Source: Vitrella brassicaformis CCMP3155
Lineage: Eukaryota; Protista; Chromerida
DNA: 64,000 bases
Assembly: GCA_001179505.1 (NCBI GenBank)
Contig: CDMY01000471.1
Coordinates: forward strand, 6,057-70,056
Reading direction: 5' to 3'
A model generated the notes under the pieces. The model saw nothing but the letters and a program-made list of their open reading frames with translations, had not been told where the DNA came from and ran no database searches. This document shows positions 49,248 to 62,844 of the stretch, one piece after another. The translations under genes were made by a program, and so were the position numbers. Numbering within the stretch: the first letter of the stretch is position 1; each line of letters opens with the position of its first letter.

Positions 49248-51128
49248 TCATGCAGCAGCGGCGGTGGCTGTCTGAGCGGCCTGCTGCTTCTCCTTGGTGC
49301 CGCGCGCGATGATGTTGCGTGCCCGCGTGCCGCCCACCACTCGCTGCATCGACTGGTACCTGCAACACACACAGCAAATACGCAGACACGTTGGTTGATG
49401 GCTGGTGTGTTGGTTGGTGTGTTGGTCGCTGACCATGGTCCGATCTTTGAGTTCTGGAAGACGTCCTGCTCGCATCTGAACCCCTCAATGCTCTTCAGAA
49501 TGCTGTGGGTCGACAGGCAAACGATACACCACACCCACATGCAGCGTCTCTTTTGCACCCCCCCAGCCAGCGCACCTACCCGAAAATGTTGAAGTCAGCT
49601 TCGTTGGGCGTCTCGCCGCCCAGGAAGGTGCGCCTGCCGACGGCCTCAACAAACTCGTTCAACGCACCGTAGAGGGCCTCACGCTCATTGTCCACCTGCA
49701 GAAAGGCAGCGTGTCATGGGTGTGTTGGTGTGTGTGTTGCGGTATGTGAGAGTGTGTGTGTGACGTGCCTTGTATTTCTTCTTTCGCGACTTTGAGACGA
49801 GCCACATGACAAGAGTGCCGGAGAGGTGGGCGCCCCACTTCTCGAAGAAGGAGAAGGACGGGTGCGTCAACAGGTAGTCAAACGTCTCGGCGGACTCCTG
49901 CAGGTCAGGTAGGTGCACACACAGGGACATCGGATGAATGCCATAGTGGATGCATGTGGGTGTTATCTCTCTCTGTGTGTGTGTCTGTGTGTGTGTACCT
50001 TGAGGGAGCGGTAGATGTTCATCACAATCAGCTGAACCAACACGTCGTCAGACCTGCACACACACACAGACACACACGTCCCTCCCTCTCTCCCTCTCTC
50101 CCTCCCCCCCGTCCCTCTCTCATCCCATTCCAGCTGACCACTTGATCCACTTCTTCTCCTCTTCCTTGGCAGCCTCGCTCTCCTTCTGGCCTGCCTTCCC
50201 ACTGCCACCACCACCACCACCCCTGAGCCCCCCCTTGCTCTCGCGCCGCCTGGCCTCGTGTGCGACCAGGTTGTGCACGATGCGCTTGCTGTCCTTCAGG
50301 ACGATGGCAGAGGGGTCGTCGGGCGAGGAGGGCGGGACGGGTGAGCTGGCTGACGGGGGTGTGTTGGGGCGGATGACGAGGATGGGCACCTTCTTGTAGT
50401 CGGGGCTCCAGGAGGAGATCTCCTTCTTGGCCAAGGGATGCACCTCCACCACCTGTGTGTGGCGATACATATGGGGGAATGAATCGATGGATTGGATGGT
50501 GTGTAGGGTAGGGTGGTGTGTGGTAGTGCTCTCACGTTGTAGGGGATGTTGTGGTAGTCCAGTGCGATGCGCACTTTGCGGCAGAACGGACAGCTCCTGT
50601 CAACACACACACACACACACAGACAGACAGACATGGAGATGCCCAGACAGATCCCTCTCTCTCTCCGTTGGCTGACTGACTGACTGACTCGAATTGGTAA
50701 ATGGTGACATCGCTGTCCTGCAGCGACACGTCCGCGGCAATGAGGTCGTCCTCCTTCAGGAACTTGTCCACATCCACACCACCGCCAGGCACACTGATGC
50801 TCGCGCCACCTCCTGCTGCACCACTGCCACCAGCACTCTCAGCACAATGCGCCACGCCATAGTGCGGCCGCTTCGACGACGAAAAGGCGCCATAGCCGAG
50901 CAGCAGAGACCCGCCAATAACAGCGGCAGCAGCTTTGGCTGCATTAGACTGGTGATGGGATGGGCTGCCCTGTGTCGGCGTGTGCGGCGGCGCTTGTCTG
51001 AGGGAGAGGGTGATGTTTGCAGCGGCAGCTTGGGCAGCGGCGGGGAGCGGTGGCGATGATGCGTGAGGGGACGCTGCAGCAGCCAGGGAGCGCCGCAGCG
51101 AGGAGGCCAAAACGCGGATGTCCCTCAT
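49248..51128 (-). CDS. PTGES2: Prostaglandin E synthase 2-like glutaredoxin/GST protein with transit-peptide-like N-terminus, multi-exon
   Basis: TIYQFE|SCPFCRKVRIALDYHNIPY|VVEVHP..KEISWSPDYKKVPIL..LKDSKRI; W|SDDVLVQLIVMNIYRS; FLGGETPNEADFNIFG. Confidence 0.9.
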
Positions 51129-51558
51129 CTGTGTTCCTCTCACTCAGGCTGATGAGCTACAGGCAGATCTCGCACACCGGCCGTCTGTGCGCCTCGGAAA
51201 GACCCACAATGCAGCGCGAGACACCTGAGCTGTGCACGCTTAGCTCGCAGGTTGTGAAAGGATTCTTGCTGCCTTTCCTGTGGAAGAAGAGGTGGAGGAG
51301 ATCTGACGGAGAGCACACACCCAGCTCAGATCTCTTTCATCTCTTTCATCATCCTTTCATCAGAGGGAGGGACTGACTGACTGCAGTGAGTCCTTGGGCC
51401 AGCCTGTGTGCGCCTGTCCGCCTTGCGTGGCTTTAATTCGCCGTACCATGGAAGCCCTCTGACCGGCGTCCCACTACAGCAGCTCTTTTTATCTCTTTTG
51501 CTCGCCTCGGCTCTCATCGCCTGTCCGTGTCTGGTGTAGTGTGGTGTGGTTGGTGAGG

Positions 51559-54520
51559 ATGTCTCTGCGCGAGAGCTTTCAGTGCTACTGGAACGTGCTG
51601 TTCACGCCCTTCTGGTATGGCGTCATCGGCCTCCTCTGCTGCTTCTGCCCCCTCTTCATGGCCATCTCGTACGCACCAACACACACCGCACCACAACACA
51701 CCATACCACACCACACACAGAGGGAGAGAGGGAGGATTCGCTGCATATGTGTGTGCGTGTGTGTGTGTGTGTGTCAGGTGCATAGTGGACGTCACGACCG
51801 ACACGTTCGGCCCCGACGTCTACATGGTCAACGCTTCGGTGGACCTGATGTGCGGCCTGGTGGGCCCGTTGGCCATCTCTGTGGTCGGCAACATGTCACA
51901 GCCATCCAAGTTCGGCCGCAAGAAGATGCTCGTCTTCATCAGCGCCGTCAAGACAGTGCCGCTCATCGCAACGGCACTCACCGGGGTGAGAGAAATACAG
52001 AGGGAGAGGGGTGGACGGACGGACGGACGGACGGCTGAGATGCATTGAGTCTTCTGTACGATGGATGTAGAGTGGCTATGGGTGGATAATGGGGTCGATC
52101 TTTATGTGTGTGTTCGCTGCGCGCGAGCCGGGAGGGCTGGAGCCAATCCTGCAGGCCTGGATCACCGTACGGGAAGCAAGAAACATCGATCCACTCTTGC
52201 ATGCTTGCCTCTCTCTCTCTGTGCGTGTGTGTGACAGGATTGGGCGTCCGAGCGCGAGAAGATGTCCATTCTCGGAGTGGTCAGTCGGCACACCAACACA
52301 CAGAGCACAGTGGCTGCCTGTCCATCCATCCATCCGTGCGTCGCCTCTCATACCTGTCCGTCTGGTCCGTGCGTGCGTGCAGCAATCGGGCATTTTGTCG
52401 GCGTGTTTCGTGACCTTTTCCCTCTTGGCCGGTGTGCTCCTGCGCCGCGGGATCGTCACCTCCATGCAGCTCATGCAGGGCGCTGCCGTGTTCTCGGTCA
52501 GACACCACACACACGTACACACACACATAAAGTGTGCATGAGGGTGTGTGTGTGTGTGTGTGTGTCAGTGCCTGGGCCCCCTTTATTTTGCCTTCGTCTT
52601 CCCAACCAAGATACACAGGGAGAGGATGCCAGGTCAGTCAGTCGGGTGGACCAAAGGCCTTCCGCACAGGAAGTCGTCTGTCCATCTGTCTGTCTGTGTG
52701 TGTGTGTGTGTGTGTGTGTCAGATGGTGTGCCGGTTCCCCACCTGCCCCGGATGCGCAGCGGGCAGAGCCTTGCGAACATGAACTCTGTCACGATACTGA
52801 TCAAGTGACAACCGCACCCCTGCACACACCGATCACTCCATCCATGGACGGGCACATGGAGCGGTGTGGTGTGGTGTGTGTGCAGGTCGATGTGGCAGAC
52901 GAGTGTCCGTGCGTTCCGCTACCTGGCGTACAAGCACCACCTGCTGCTCGGCGTCGCCGTCATCCTCTTTGGCGTGCAGGGAGGTGCGCAGACAGACACA
53001 CACACATAGGGGGGAAGGGCACGTGTGAAAGTGGATGGATGGATGCGTGTGTGTTGCAGCGACGATGGAGGTGCAGCTGTCCTACATGAAGAGACAGTTT
53101 GCCGTCACGGTACGCCACACGCAGACACACAGACAGACACAGACACACAGACGCAGCGCAGAGTTCCAGGGCCTTGTTCATTGCGTGTGCAGGATTCGCA
53201 GTTGTCGTTCATGCTGACCTTCTCCGGACTCGCCGGCACTGTCGGACAGGTCAGTGAGTGAGGCAGTCCGTCACACACCACACCACACCACGCCATACAC
53301 ACACACATATTCAGTCACCCTCTCTCTTCTCTGTCGTCGCTTGCAGCTGTTGATCCTGCCCATCTTCCAAGCCTTCATGTCGGCCTACAGCGCCCTCGCT
53401 GTCTGCGTCTTCGCCGTCTTCACCCAGATGGTCGTCTTCACACAGGTGCGTTACACACACCCACCCGGCCGGTCGGCCGTGTGTCCGTGTCAGTCAATGG
53501 ATAGATTGTGTGATGGCATGGCTGCGTGTGGTGTGCGACTTACTGGTCTCTCTCTCGTTCAGGCGAGCACCCCTTTGGCCTTTTACGTGGGCATGGCGCT
53601 GGGCAGCGCGTCCTACATATCGATGCCGCTCATCATGTCCATCATTGCTAAGTGCCAAATGGACGGCTCGCTCACGACATCAGAGGAGAGAAACCAGGGC
53701 TCGGTGCGCCACACCCCCCCTCCCCTCCCCCCTCAACAACACGCAGAGAGAGGGAAAGATGATGATTGCCGTTCACCTGTCTGTGTGTCTGCCTGTCTGT
53801 CTGTCTGTCTGTGCGCATTGCATTCAGATTATCGGCGGCTTCGTGGGCATCCGTGCGATGGTCAACGCGGTGGGCCCCCTGTTGATCGCCCTCTGCCTGT
53901 CCAACTGGCCCCTCTTCCCCCCGCCATTCAACTTCCCCTCCGTCGGCTTCGCCCTCATGTCATGCCTCATGCTCGTCGCCACATTCCTCGCATGCCTTCT
54001 TGTCTTCCGCAAGAACCAACACGGCGACGCACCGGTCGTCTCACATGCAGCCCCGGTCAGCAGCGGCAGCAGCAGCAACGTGGATGCCACCCACACCCAC
54101 AGTGGGCCCAGTGGCAGCAGCAGTGACCCATTGCCGGTGCCGGGCCTCGGCGAAACGCCTTACGAGCAGCTCAATGGAGAGGAACACAATCACACGAGGG
54201 AGAAAGAAGCTGCTGGTGGCGATGATTCGCCAGGGGTGGGGATGGTCCGGTCAGAGAGCGACCAGACCGACCCCCTCAACCACACCGACCACCCCTGCCC
54301 ATCTCGTGGCTACCTCCCGCCGTCGCCCCGCTTCCTGTGGCAGAAGGGCCACGAGCTGCCCCTCCTGCACCAAGGCAAGGACGGTGGCTCTGCGGGCGGT
54401 GGTGGGCTGACGCCCTCGACCGCTGCCGGGACGCCTTTAAGCTTGGAGCGTGTCGACAGTGACGCCGCCTCTTGTGTGGAGGAAGGGCGACGCACGCACA
54501 GGCGGATGTCGTCCATATGA
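51559..54520 (+). CDS. Major facilitator superfamily transporter (Tet/HIAT-like), many small exons, disordered C-terminal tail
   Basis: Successive hydrophobic exons; loop motif VGNMSQPSKFGRKKMLV; GGFVGIRAMVNAVGPLL in the C-terminal half. Confidence 0.75.
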
Positions 54521-55211
54521 TATAGACAGCAGATGGGCTGGGGAGTAAGGGGGAGGGAGGGATTTAGGTGTTGGGGGTCTGAGTATGTCGCCCGGTGGAT
54601 GGAAGGGCGGCAAGTGGCGAGAGAGAGCGAGAGGCAGAAGTGTAAGCGTAGCGCAGCGAGAGGTCGAGCAGGTCAGAGAACGATCATGCTGGCATCGGCT
54701 GGTTTTGTCCTGTGTGTGGAGTACGATGCGATGCCACCAACGCCCACGGGATGTGATCTGGTGTGATAATACGGCTTTTTCTGTTGCATACTTACGTAGA
54801 TCTGTGTCTGCCAGGGAGGGAGGGAGGGAGGGAGGGACGGATGCATCGCACTCTCGAATATTCTCTCCACCCATTTCTGAGTCAACAAGCGATCATCGGA
54901 CACACACTCTCACACACACACACACACACATACACACATATGTGGCCCGGCCGGCCAGATGGCAGGGGCCGACCACTCTGACAGTGTTTTGTGTGTGTGT
55001 GTGTGCATGGCGCAGCCGGGCGTTATTGATACCTACCAGTACTTTTGGCGGCTGTGGCTGTGCAGCAGCAGCAGCAGGTCAAGAGGGAGTGGAACGACTG
55101 ACGTGCGTCGAGCCGTCGACGCAAGTAGCCGTCCAGCTCTCTGCTGACCTGCTGCTGCAGCCGCCACCAAGGGCAAGACAGGCATTGGCAGGGCAAGACA
55201 GTTCATTGGGG

Positions 55212-55251
<40 letters not shown>

Positions 55252-55884
55252 TGTGTGTGTCGGGATGTGACGGGATGGGACAGACATGAGGGTAGGGATC
55301 GTGAAGACACCCTAACCAACAGACATCTCCTGACTCTCTCTGACTGGTTGTGGTGTGGTGTGTATCCCCTTTCCTACTGGGTCTGTACCCTTTCATACGG
55401 CGCCCGCTTCCCACGATCTGATCTGCATGGGTGGGTCGCGTTGGTGCGCTTTATTTGACACAGTGCGTGGACATGGACATGTACGTGTGTGTACGTGTGT
55501 GTGTGTGTGTGCGTGTGTGTATGTGTGTTGTTTTCATCCTGTGCGTGTGCGTGTGTGTGGTCGCTATCGCTCCATTCGTTCTTTCCCTCATCCGCACGGG
55601 TGAGCATGTCTGTGTCGTCAGTGTCGATCGGCCTCTCGCTGTGTGTGTGGTGCGGGCGTGTGAGGGAGCCGCGGAAGTTGCAGTTGCAGTGGGTGCCTGC
55701 CTGCCTGCCTACCTGGCCTGGCCTGGCCCATCTCCTATGCCGTAATTTGAAGGCATCAAGCCAGACGGGCCGGTCCTCTTTTTCCACGCCTCTTTTTGTC
55801 ACTCGCCAACTGCTGTCTTTTTCTCTCGCCTGTGTCGTTTGTGTGCGTGTGTGCTCATGTGGTGGGGGGAAGGCAAATCGGTGG

Positions 55885-55994
55885 GTGACATTCAGCGTGG
55901 CCGAGCATGGCTTCGACAAGGCCAAGGTGGGACGCTGCTGGCATGCACCTTGGTTGGCCTTGTTGAACCCGTGCTCGGCCACGTGGAACCTCAC
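55885..55994 (+). ncRNA. Pre-miRNA-like long hairpin
   Basis: 34-bp core stem (55896-55929 with 55946-55983) containing 2 G-U pairs, 1 C-C mismatch and a 4-nt bulge; 16-nt loop; intergenic. Confidence 0.45.
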
Positions 55995-57270
55995 TTCGCG
56001 AACGACGTTTGTCGTCAGTCACCCCAGTGTCCATATGGATGTGTCTGCGCAGGCAGGACATCAAGGCGTCATTTTCTTTGCAGAAGTGGCCTCATCTCCA
56101 CGGTGGCAGCATAATCCGGTACTCACTGACGGAGAGTGAGCGGGGTCGCTGTTGCCTCTGATCTGACTGTCTTGCGCACTTCTGCCGGTGGCCTGCACGC
56201 CCACCCACCCACATGAGATACATGGCTGGCTGCTCGTTGCTGTCCGTCATGTACCCTCCCACCAAATCCTCCGATCGCACTTTATCGCATTCCATTCCAT
56301 TCCATCGCACTCCATGGATGTGTGTATGTATCTCATTGCGATTTACGTGAAGTGGGGGTGGTGGTGGTGATGGTGGCATTTGAAACGGCCGCTGGCTGGT
56401 ATGGTCGATCGAAGAGTGTGTGTGTGTGTGTGTGTGTTACTTTCAACTCAACGGGGATACATACATGGATGCGTACACTCATCACTACCTGATACGGCCG
56501 GCCAGTGCTTGTCTCGCCCTGCAGTGTGTGTGTGTGTGTCTGCATGTGGCGCCTTGCATTGCCACCTGCCACCTCTCGTGTCGTGTGCTGCTGTGTCGCA
56601 TGTTTTTATGTTGTGGTTGTTCCTCCCCTGCCTGTCTGCCTGTCTGCCTGTGCGCATGTGTATGTGTGTGGGGCATTTCAAGCGTGTGTGCGGTGCGCAT
56701 GGATGTGCGTGTGATGTTTGTGTGTCTGTCTGTCTGTCTGTGCGTGTGCCCATATATGTCACACCCCCCGCCAGCCCAGCCCAGCCCAGCCAGCAACATA
56801 GCCCACGACATCCATATTGCCTCTCTGCCTGTCAGCCAGCCAGCCAGCCTTGAGAAGACAGACACGGTGTGTGTGTGAAGGTGAGGTGGAACGCTCCGCA
56901 GCCAGCCAGCCAGCCCCTTTTATCAGTGTTATGATGTGTTCGACCGACCGACCGACCGACCGCCCCCTCCTCTCTGCGAGGCTGGCTCGGCTCATTTGTG
57001 TGAGTGATGCGGGTGAGGTGCGCGAGATCTACCTGATTGTGATGCAGTGCCTTCATTCACTCATTCATTCGTTCATTCGTTGGTCGAGAGGACGACAGAC
57101 ACACGGATGTATGTCTTGATAAACAAACAGCGGTCTCCTTGTGATACCGACCGACATACATGGACACCGCACACACCACACACGTCCATAACGATCAGAC
57201 CAGTCCCTTCACATCTCTGGGTGTCAGGCAGTCTAGACTGCCCACTGGCAAACACACGTGTGTCGGTCAC

Positions 57271-58263
57271 TCACACCAGCACGATGCCCCAGTTGATGAC
57301 GACACCCTCCAGGTTGAAGCGCTTCAGCACACTGCGCCAGAGGGGCGTTGACACGGGGAAACGCACATCGAGCACCTTGTTGAGCGATGGGGCTGGGCCA
57401 GCAACGGGTGGCTCGGTCGTCCACAGCTCGATCCGGTGCTCACCCACAAACAGATGGGCAGCGACGGTCTCACCGGGCCGGAAGCCGCTCACAAACACAC
57501 GACGATAGTCTTTTGGGTCGGTATAATTCCGACCGCCGACGTCAAAGCGGTAGTCCACAGCGATGCCCTGCTGCTCGGGGACATCGCCAGCTGCCATAAG
57601 CCTCTGATAGCGGTCCTGGGAATCACGGAGGATGATGAGAGAGAGAAGCACCCGGACTGGAGCCCATGGCCGTGACTCGAGCAGCGTGTGCAGCAGGAAC
57701 GACGACAGGGAGGGGGAGAGATCCAAGCCATGTCGGATGACGGGATCGCTCTCCTTGTATCTGCTGCGGTAGGGGTGGTCGGCCGGCAGCTCACCCAACG
57801 GCACCACACGAAACGACTGGGCGCCGATCCGATAGTGCCCATTGTTGGCTTGCTGCAGCGCCAGATTCCTCCCCCTGTAGCTGAGGTAGTGCCCGAATGT
57901 CTTGTAGGCGGCCATGATGAGGGGCAGCTCGTCGAATACCGTCGTGGCGGGCAGCGAACCAGCCGACAGCATAAGAGGCCGCGTCGCATTGGGGGTGAGC
58001 TGGTAGATTAAAGCCAGGCGGATGACCCATTTCATCACCTTCCAGTGGCCGCTGCATCGCTCCAGCACGTGGAGTATCTTGATGGCCCCAGCCACGTCAC
58101 CAATGTCGAAGGCCAGCACGTCACGAAGGCGTTCCCTGTCCATGGCCTGCTCGATGCGCTGCTCGAGGACGGCCGGCAATGTGATCCCTTTGGGGATCTG
58201 GGTGGGCGGCTGCTTGTTGATCTGTGTGTTGAGTGCCGGCCGCTTGGTGCGGTCATCGAGCAT
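57271..58263 (-). CDS. Divergent member of the lineage-specific family, one long ORF
   Basis: VIRLALIYQLTP..PLMLS..YKTFGHYLSY..YRIG..HPYR..RRVFVSGFRPGETVAA..IELWTTE matches the other copies; start uncertain. Confidence 0.7.
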   Translation of the reverse strand: MLDDRTKRPALNTQINKQPPTQIPKGITLPAVLEQRIEQAMDRERLRDVLAFDIGDVAGAIKILHVLERCSGHWKVMKWVIRLALIYQLTPNATRPLMLSAGSLPATTVFDELPLIMAAYKTFGHYLSYRGRNLALQQANNGHYRIGAQSFRVVPLGELPADHPYRSRYKESDPVIRHGLDLSPSLSSFLLHTLLESRPWAPVRVLLSLIILRDSQDRYQRLMAAGDVPEQQGIAVDYRFDVGGRNYTDPKDYRRVFVSGFRPGETVAAHLFVGEHRIELWTTEPPVAGPAPSLNKVLDVRFPVSTPLWRSVLKRFNLEGVVINWGIVLV

Positions 58264-58837
58264 GTGTGACGCCTTCTTGAGTGAGAGGGCCCACAGAGAG
58301 GGGACAGGTCGGAGGCCATGAGTGAGTGATCTGAATGCATGGGCATGGACAGCCACACAGCCACATGCAGACGGTATATAGCGTGCGTGGACTCAGCTTG
58401 CCTTTCTTACGTGTGCTGGTGATGGGTCAACCAACGGCCCTCCCTCCTGCTGCCACTGCGGCACGCACGATGTGACAGCTGCAAAAGGAGAGGCGAAGCC
58501 GCTTTGAACTTAATGCAAGTGCGTTGGTCTTTCACTTACCTTGTATGTATGAGTCAGTCAGTCAGTTATGGAGTGTATGGCGATGCAGTCGCCGGTGTGT
58601 CACACGGAACAGGAGATCTGCGACAGGGAGCCATGCAATACATGAATCAATCGACAGACAAGCGACAGTGTCGAGCTCACTTTCTTTCTTTAATTCGCGG
58701 GCGACGATGAGCTCCACGCGGAGGAAAAAGGAGGGGGGGAGAGGGGAGGGGAGCCAGCTGGAAAGCTCGCATGGGGGCTGAGACTGGAAGACGGAGTGCG
58801 AGACGAGAGCCTTGTACTCGTTGTTCTGATCGTTGCG

Positions 58838-61800
58838 ATGTCGGTCACAGAAGTGTTGTGCCGCTCGGCGGAATTGGGTGACAGTCAACGGATCACTGAG
58901 CTGCTGGATGATGATGTCAACCCCAATTTCTTTTCCTCTCGTCGGCTCAATCGGGCGGCTCTGCACTTGGCAGCCGCCAACGGCCATGCCGATATCGTCC
59001 TTATGCTGCTCCAAGTAAGAGGGCCCGGCGACATTTCATGCACTTTGCAATGGCTTCTCGCTCTGCCTGTCCGGCCCTCTTCAGGCTGGGGCGTCTGTGG
59101 ATGCGATTGATCGCTATGGCTGTACGCCTCTCATGGCCGCAGCGTAAAATAACCTATACGACTTTCTCGTGTGGGCCGAGCACTCCTTGCTGGGTCCCTG
59201 TTGTGTTCCCTGCAGCACGGGTTTCTGTCCGACTCGTTCGGTATCATGCCTTCGCGCATTGCTTGAGCACGGGGCTGACGTCAGCGCCGTGGACTCCCAC
59301 GGAAACACGGCCCTTCATCTGGTGAGACAGCCCGAGACTCCTCCACATACATTTCTTTGAGCGTCTCACTCCTCTGTGTGACATATACAGGCGTGCGGCA
59401 ACGGGTGCGTTTCATCTGTCGAGATACTGCTGGAAGAGGCCCAACCAGAGTGGCCGGGATGGGTACGTCTGTGCAGCTGAAGCTTCTCGCCCTCCGTAAA
59501 TCATTTGTGTCATCTGTCCGCTGTTGACTGTGTGCAGGGTCTGTTGTCTCCGCTTCACTTTGCGGCGGACGCTGGCTGCGATGCCATTGTGGTGATGTTG
59601 CTGGAGAGAGGGTGCGATCCAAACAGTGTGGACGCGTGCGGTATGCGGCCGCTGCACTGGGCGGCCCGTGGCGGCCATGCTGGTACCTGCCTGACTCTCA
59701 TGCAGAAGGGCGCAGACCCCACCGCACAGGACTTCGTAAGCACGAGACATGTGCTATGTGCTCGCACACGGCGTTTCAGCATTTGTTTGTGTTATTGTGT
59801 CGGCCGCACTGCAGAGATCCCTCACACCTGCCGATTTGGCCCTCATCTGCCGACACTTCTTTGTCGCATCCATCGTCGAAGGTGAGAGACACCGACGAAG
59901 CAGCTCACGAGAGCACATTGATCAGGTGGGCCTGTGTCTCCCCCCACTGACAGATTTTGGCCGGCGCAAGAAGAAGGCGGCACTCACGCAGGCAGCCCCA
60001 GAGGCACCTGCAGCCCCTTCTCCTGCCGTCGCCTTGCCCCCTCCCCCCTGCACCATGCCAGAGACACAAGCCCACCAGAACCGGCCGGCCTCATTCACCG
60101 CTCGCACCGAGGACCGCCGATCTATGCCCACCTCTCAATTGTCCACGAGGCCGCCATTCGTGCCGCCTCTGGTCTTGCCCGTACGAGAAGGCGATGTGCG
60201 CATCGATATGAAGAAGGAGAGGAAGGAGAGGCCCCCTCCACTGGGAGGGTGGTCGTGTCTCTGCGGAGGAGTTCTGGGCTTGCTGGCTGTGGTGGCGCGT
60301 TTGGCGTTTCTCTGGGCGGAGATCGGTGGCCGGATCTCGTACGTGGGGATGAATCAGTGCTGGGTGGCGGGCCTTGCCAGGGTGGGAGTGACTGGGACTC
60401 TTGGCGTCCCTTTGCTCATCTTCTTTGTCGCGTCTCTTTCGGCCTGGTGCAACCTTGGCGCGCGAGTCACCAGCTCACTCGTAAGTGGTACCTCGCTGCG
60501 ACGATCAAGTCGCTCACTCACTTTGCGTGTCTCTTCAGTGCTCCCTATGCGGTCGCTGCGTGAAGCAAGACGCACCCCTGACAGAGATTGTGGTCATCTC
60601 ACACGACACAGACCGAGAGGCCGAGGATCCTCACCGCCTCCAGCAGTCGAGCACATCCTGCATCCTTCGGGTTCTCGCATGCCCTCTGGTTGTCATTGTG
60701 GTCCCCACCACTTATCTGCTAATGATCCTCACGACCATTTTCGGCGTATTTGGGACGAAGCTGAATGCTGTCATCCCCTGCGCGGCGAACACATACCTCC
60801 GTCTCCTCTTCGGCGCGGCAGGCGATGAAAAGGCAGACATTTCCGCTCGTCAAAACGACACAGAAGACCACCAGCAGAGCGTTGATGTGGACGGAGCTCA
60901 TGTGTCTCTGAAGCTTCCGCCATCCTTGCCCTCGGTGAACCGTCCCGCCGCCATCGGTTGCGTCACTATGTCCACGGCCGACTCCCTCATCCTCCCCCCG
61001 GCCCCTCTGCAAGACAAGGAGGTGACCCCCATCAAAGAGGAGGACGATCTGAACATCGATTGCCCCGACAGCAGCCCCATCTCGCGAAGGGTCTTCCCGA
61101 CCAGCCCCCCTCGCCCCCCAATGCTGAGCCCCACCCCACACGTCAATGCATACCCGCTCGGCAACGCCTCTCCTTCGTCGTGGGCATCCTCACTCCGCAC
61201 ACGATTCTCCTTTCTGCCTCCCGTCTCGCCCAGCAACCCACCGGCAGGACAGCCAGCGTCGCAGAGACTGCTCTCCCGCCTGATGGCGCTTTGGGGCGGC
61301 AATGGGCAGCAGAACGACAAGCGAGCCAAACACGGGGCAGACGGGAATGGCCGCAAGCCGTGGCTCGTGTTCCGCTACGTCTTGTGGCAGCACCGGGGGT
61401 CGCAGCTGCAGTCACGTGAGAGGGAAATGAGGAAGCGCACCGAGGAGTCAGACCTGGATGAGGGCCCTGTTTTGCCAGTGGCGGCCAAGCGGCTGCCGAT
61501 GCTGCAGCGGCTGGACGACAAGAAGAAGAGGGAGGAGCGGATTTTCGAATGGTTTCTCTCGAGCCTCAAACACAAGCAGGCGGTGTACCGCGAATCGCTC
61601 AAGGGAAAGAACAAAGGCGAACCGGACAGTGCGAGCGCCTTTCCCCTCTGCAGTGCGCTTGAGTGGATGATAGAACAGTCGGACGACCTGCGCGAGGTAA
61701 CCAAGGAGAGACACACATCTGTCAGCACATCAGCATATCTTCTTGGCCACATCAGGACGCCTTTGTCATCTGGCGCCGGGAGTTCCACAAGAACTGTCAT

Positions 61801-62844
61801 TTCTTGGACTCAAACATGGGCTCAGACTCGGCCTGGTGCCCCTTAGACATCCAGCACGACACTCACTCGGTCATCCCACCCTCGCTCTCACAGCTGCTCG
61901 ACGGCGCCGTGGACACGTCTTCTCCCAGGTGCGCCATGCCCGTGTCTCCCTCGTCTTTTGGCTGGTCGACCGACCGCTCCAATGAGGACATGATCGTGCC
62001 GATGGGAGCTGAGGACCTGCTGAGAGACGGAGGAGACGAGCCAAGGAAGGAGGAGAAGAAGGAACAGAGCAGCAGCAGCACGGCCCCCAAGTCGCCGCCT
62101 TTGCCGCCTTTGGTGTACTTGCTGCCTCCCCGCCATCACCGCACGTCGAGCAGCAAGAGCGGTGCGCGGAGGACCAAGCGAGGCGTCAAGATGGGGTTCT
62201 TCAAGCGTCTGCCGCCACCGCTCGGCCCATCGCCGACTAAAGACAAGAAGCAGCAGAAAGACAAGCAGGACGCACCTGTGATAGAAGAGGCCGCAGAGAG
62301 CCACCACCAGGGAGAAGAGGCAAAGACACAGGCAGAGGTCGAGCACATTGGTGTGGAGCAGCAGTACGAAGGGCAGACAGCCTCTCGTGTGTCGTCCTCT
62401 GCCTCGAGCTCGCCCTTCGGTGTCTCTTTCGCCTTTGTGGTGTCTCTCCTGGATGCACTCGGGGGCTCGCTCCCCTTCCTAGTCTTCGCCCTCGCCAACG
62501 AGGTGCTCATTCACTTCCACCCCTCACACCCACTGCCCCACCCCTTCAACGCTGGCGCTCACATGGATGGCTGCCCGTCGCTCATCGCCTCTCTGCTGCC
62601 CCTCTGGCAACACCCAATCTCGATATTGTCACTTGCAGAGAAGGCGATTCGTGGCTGGGTGCACGTGTTGATGAGTGTCGGAGGGGGAGAGGGGGAGGGG
62701 GAGGGGTCGGTTGCCGACGGTCATCGCGAGTGGGTGCTGGTGCCGCTGTGCTTGTCGGCTGTGCATGGTGTTGTTGTGTTGGGGTGGTTGGCGGTGTGGA
62801 TGCTCAGAAGGTGGTGCGTGAAAGGGAAGAGGGGAACGCGGTGA
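58838..62844 (+). CDS. Ankyrin-repeat protein with multiple predicted TM segments and disordered regions, multi-exon
   Basis: About five ankyrin repeats (RAALHLAA, CTPLMAA, NTALHLAC, LSPLHFAA, MRPLHWAA) across GT-AG introns, then hydrophobic segments in ORFs 59749.., 60485.. and 61663..62844. Confidence 0.75.
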
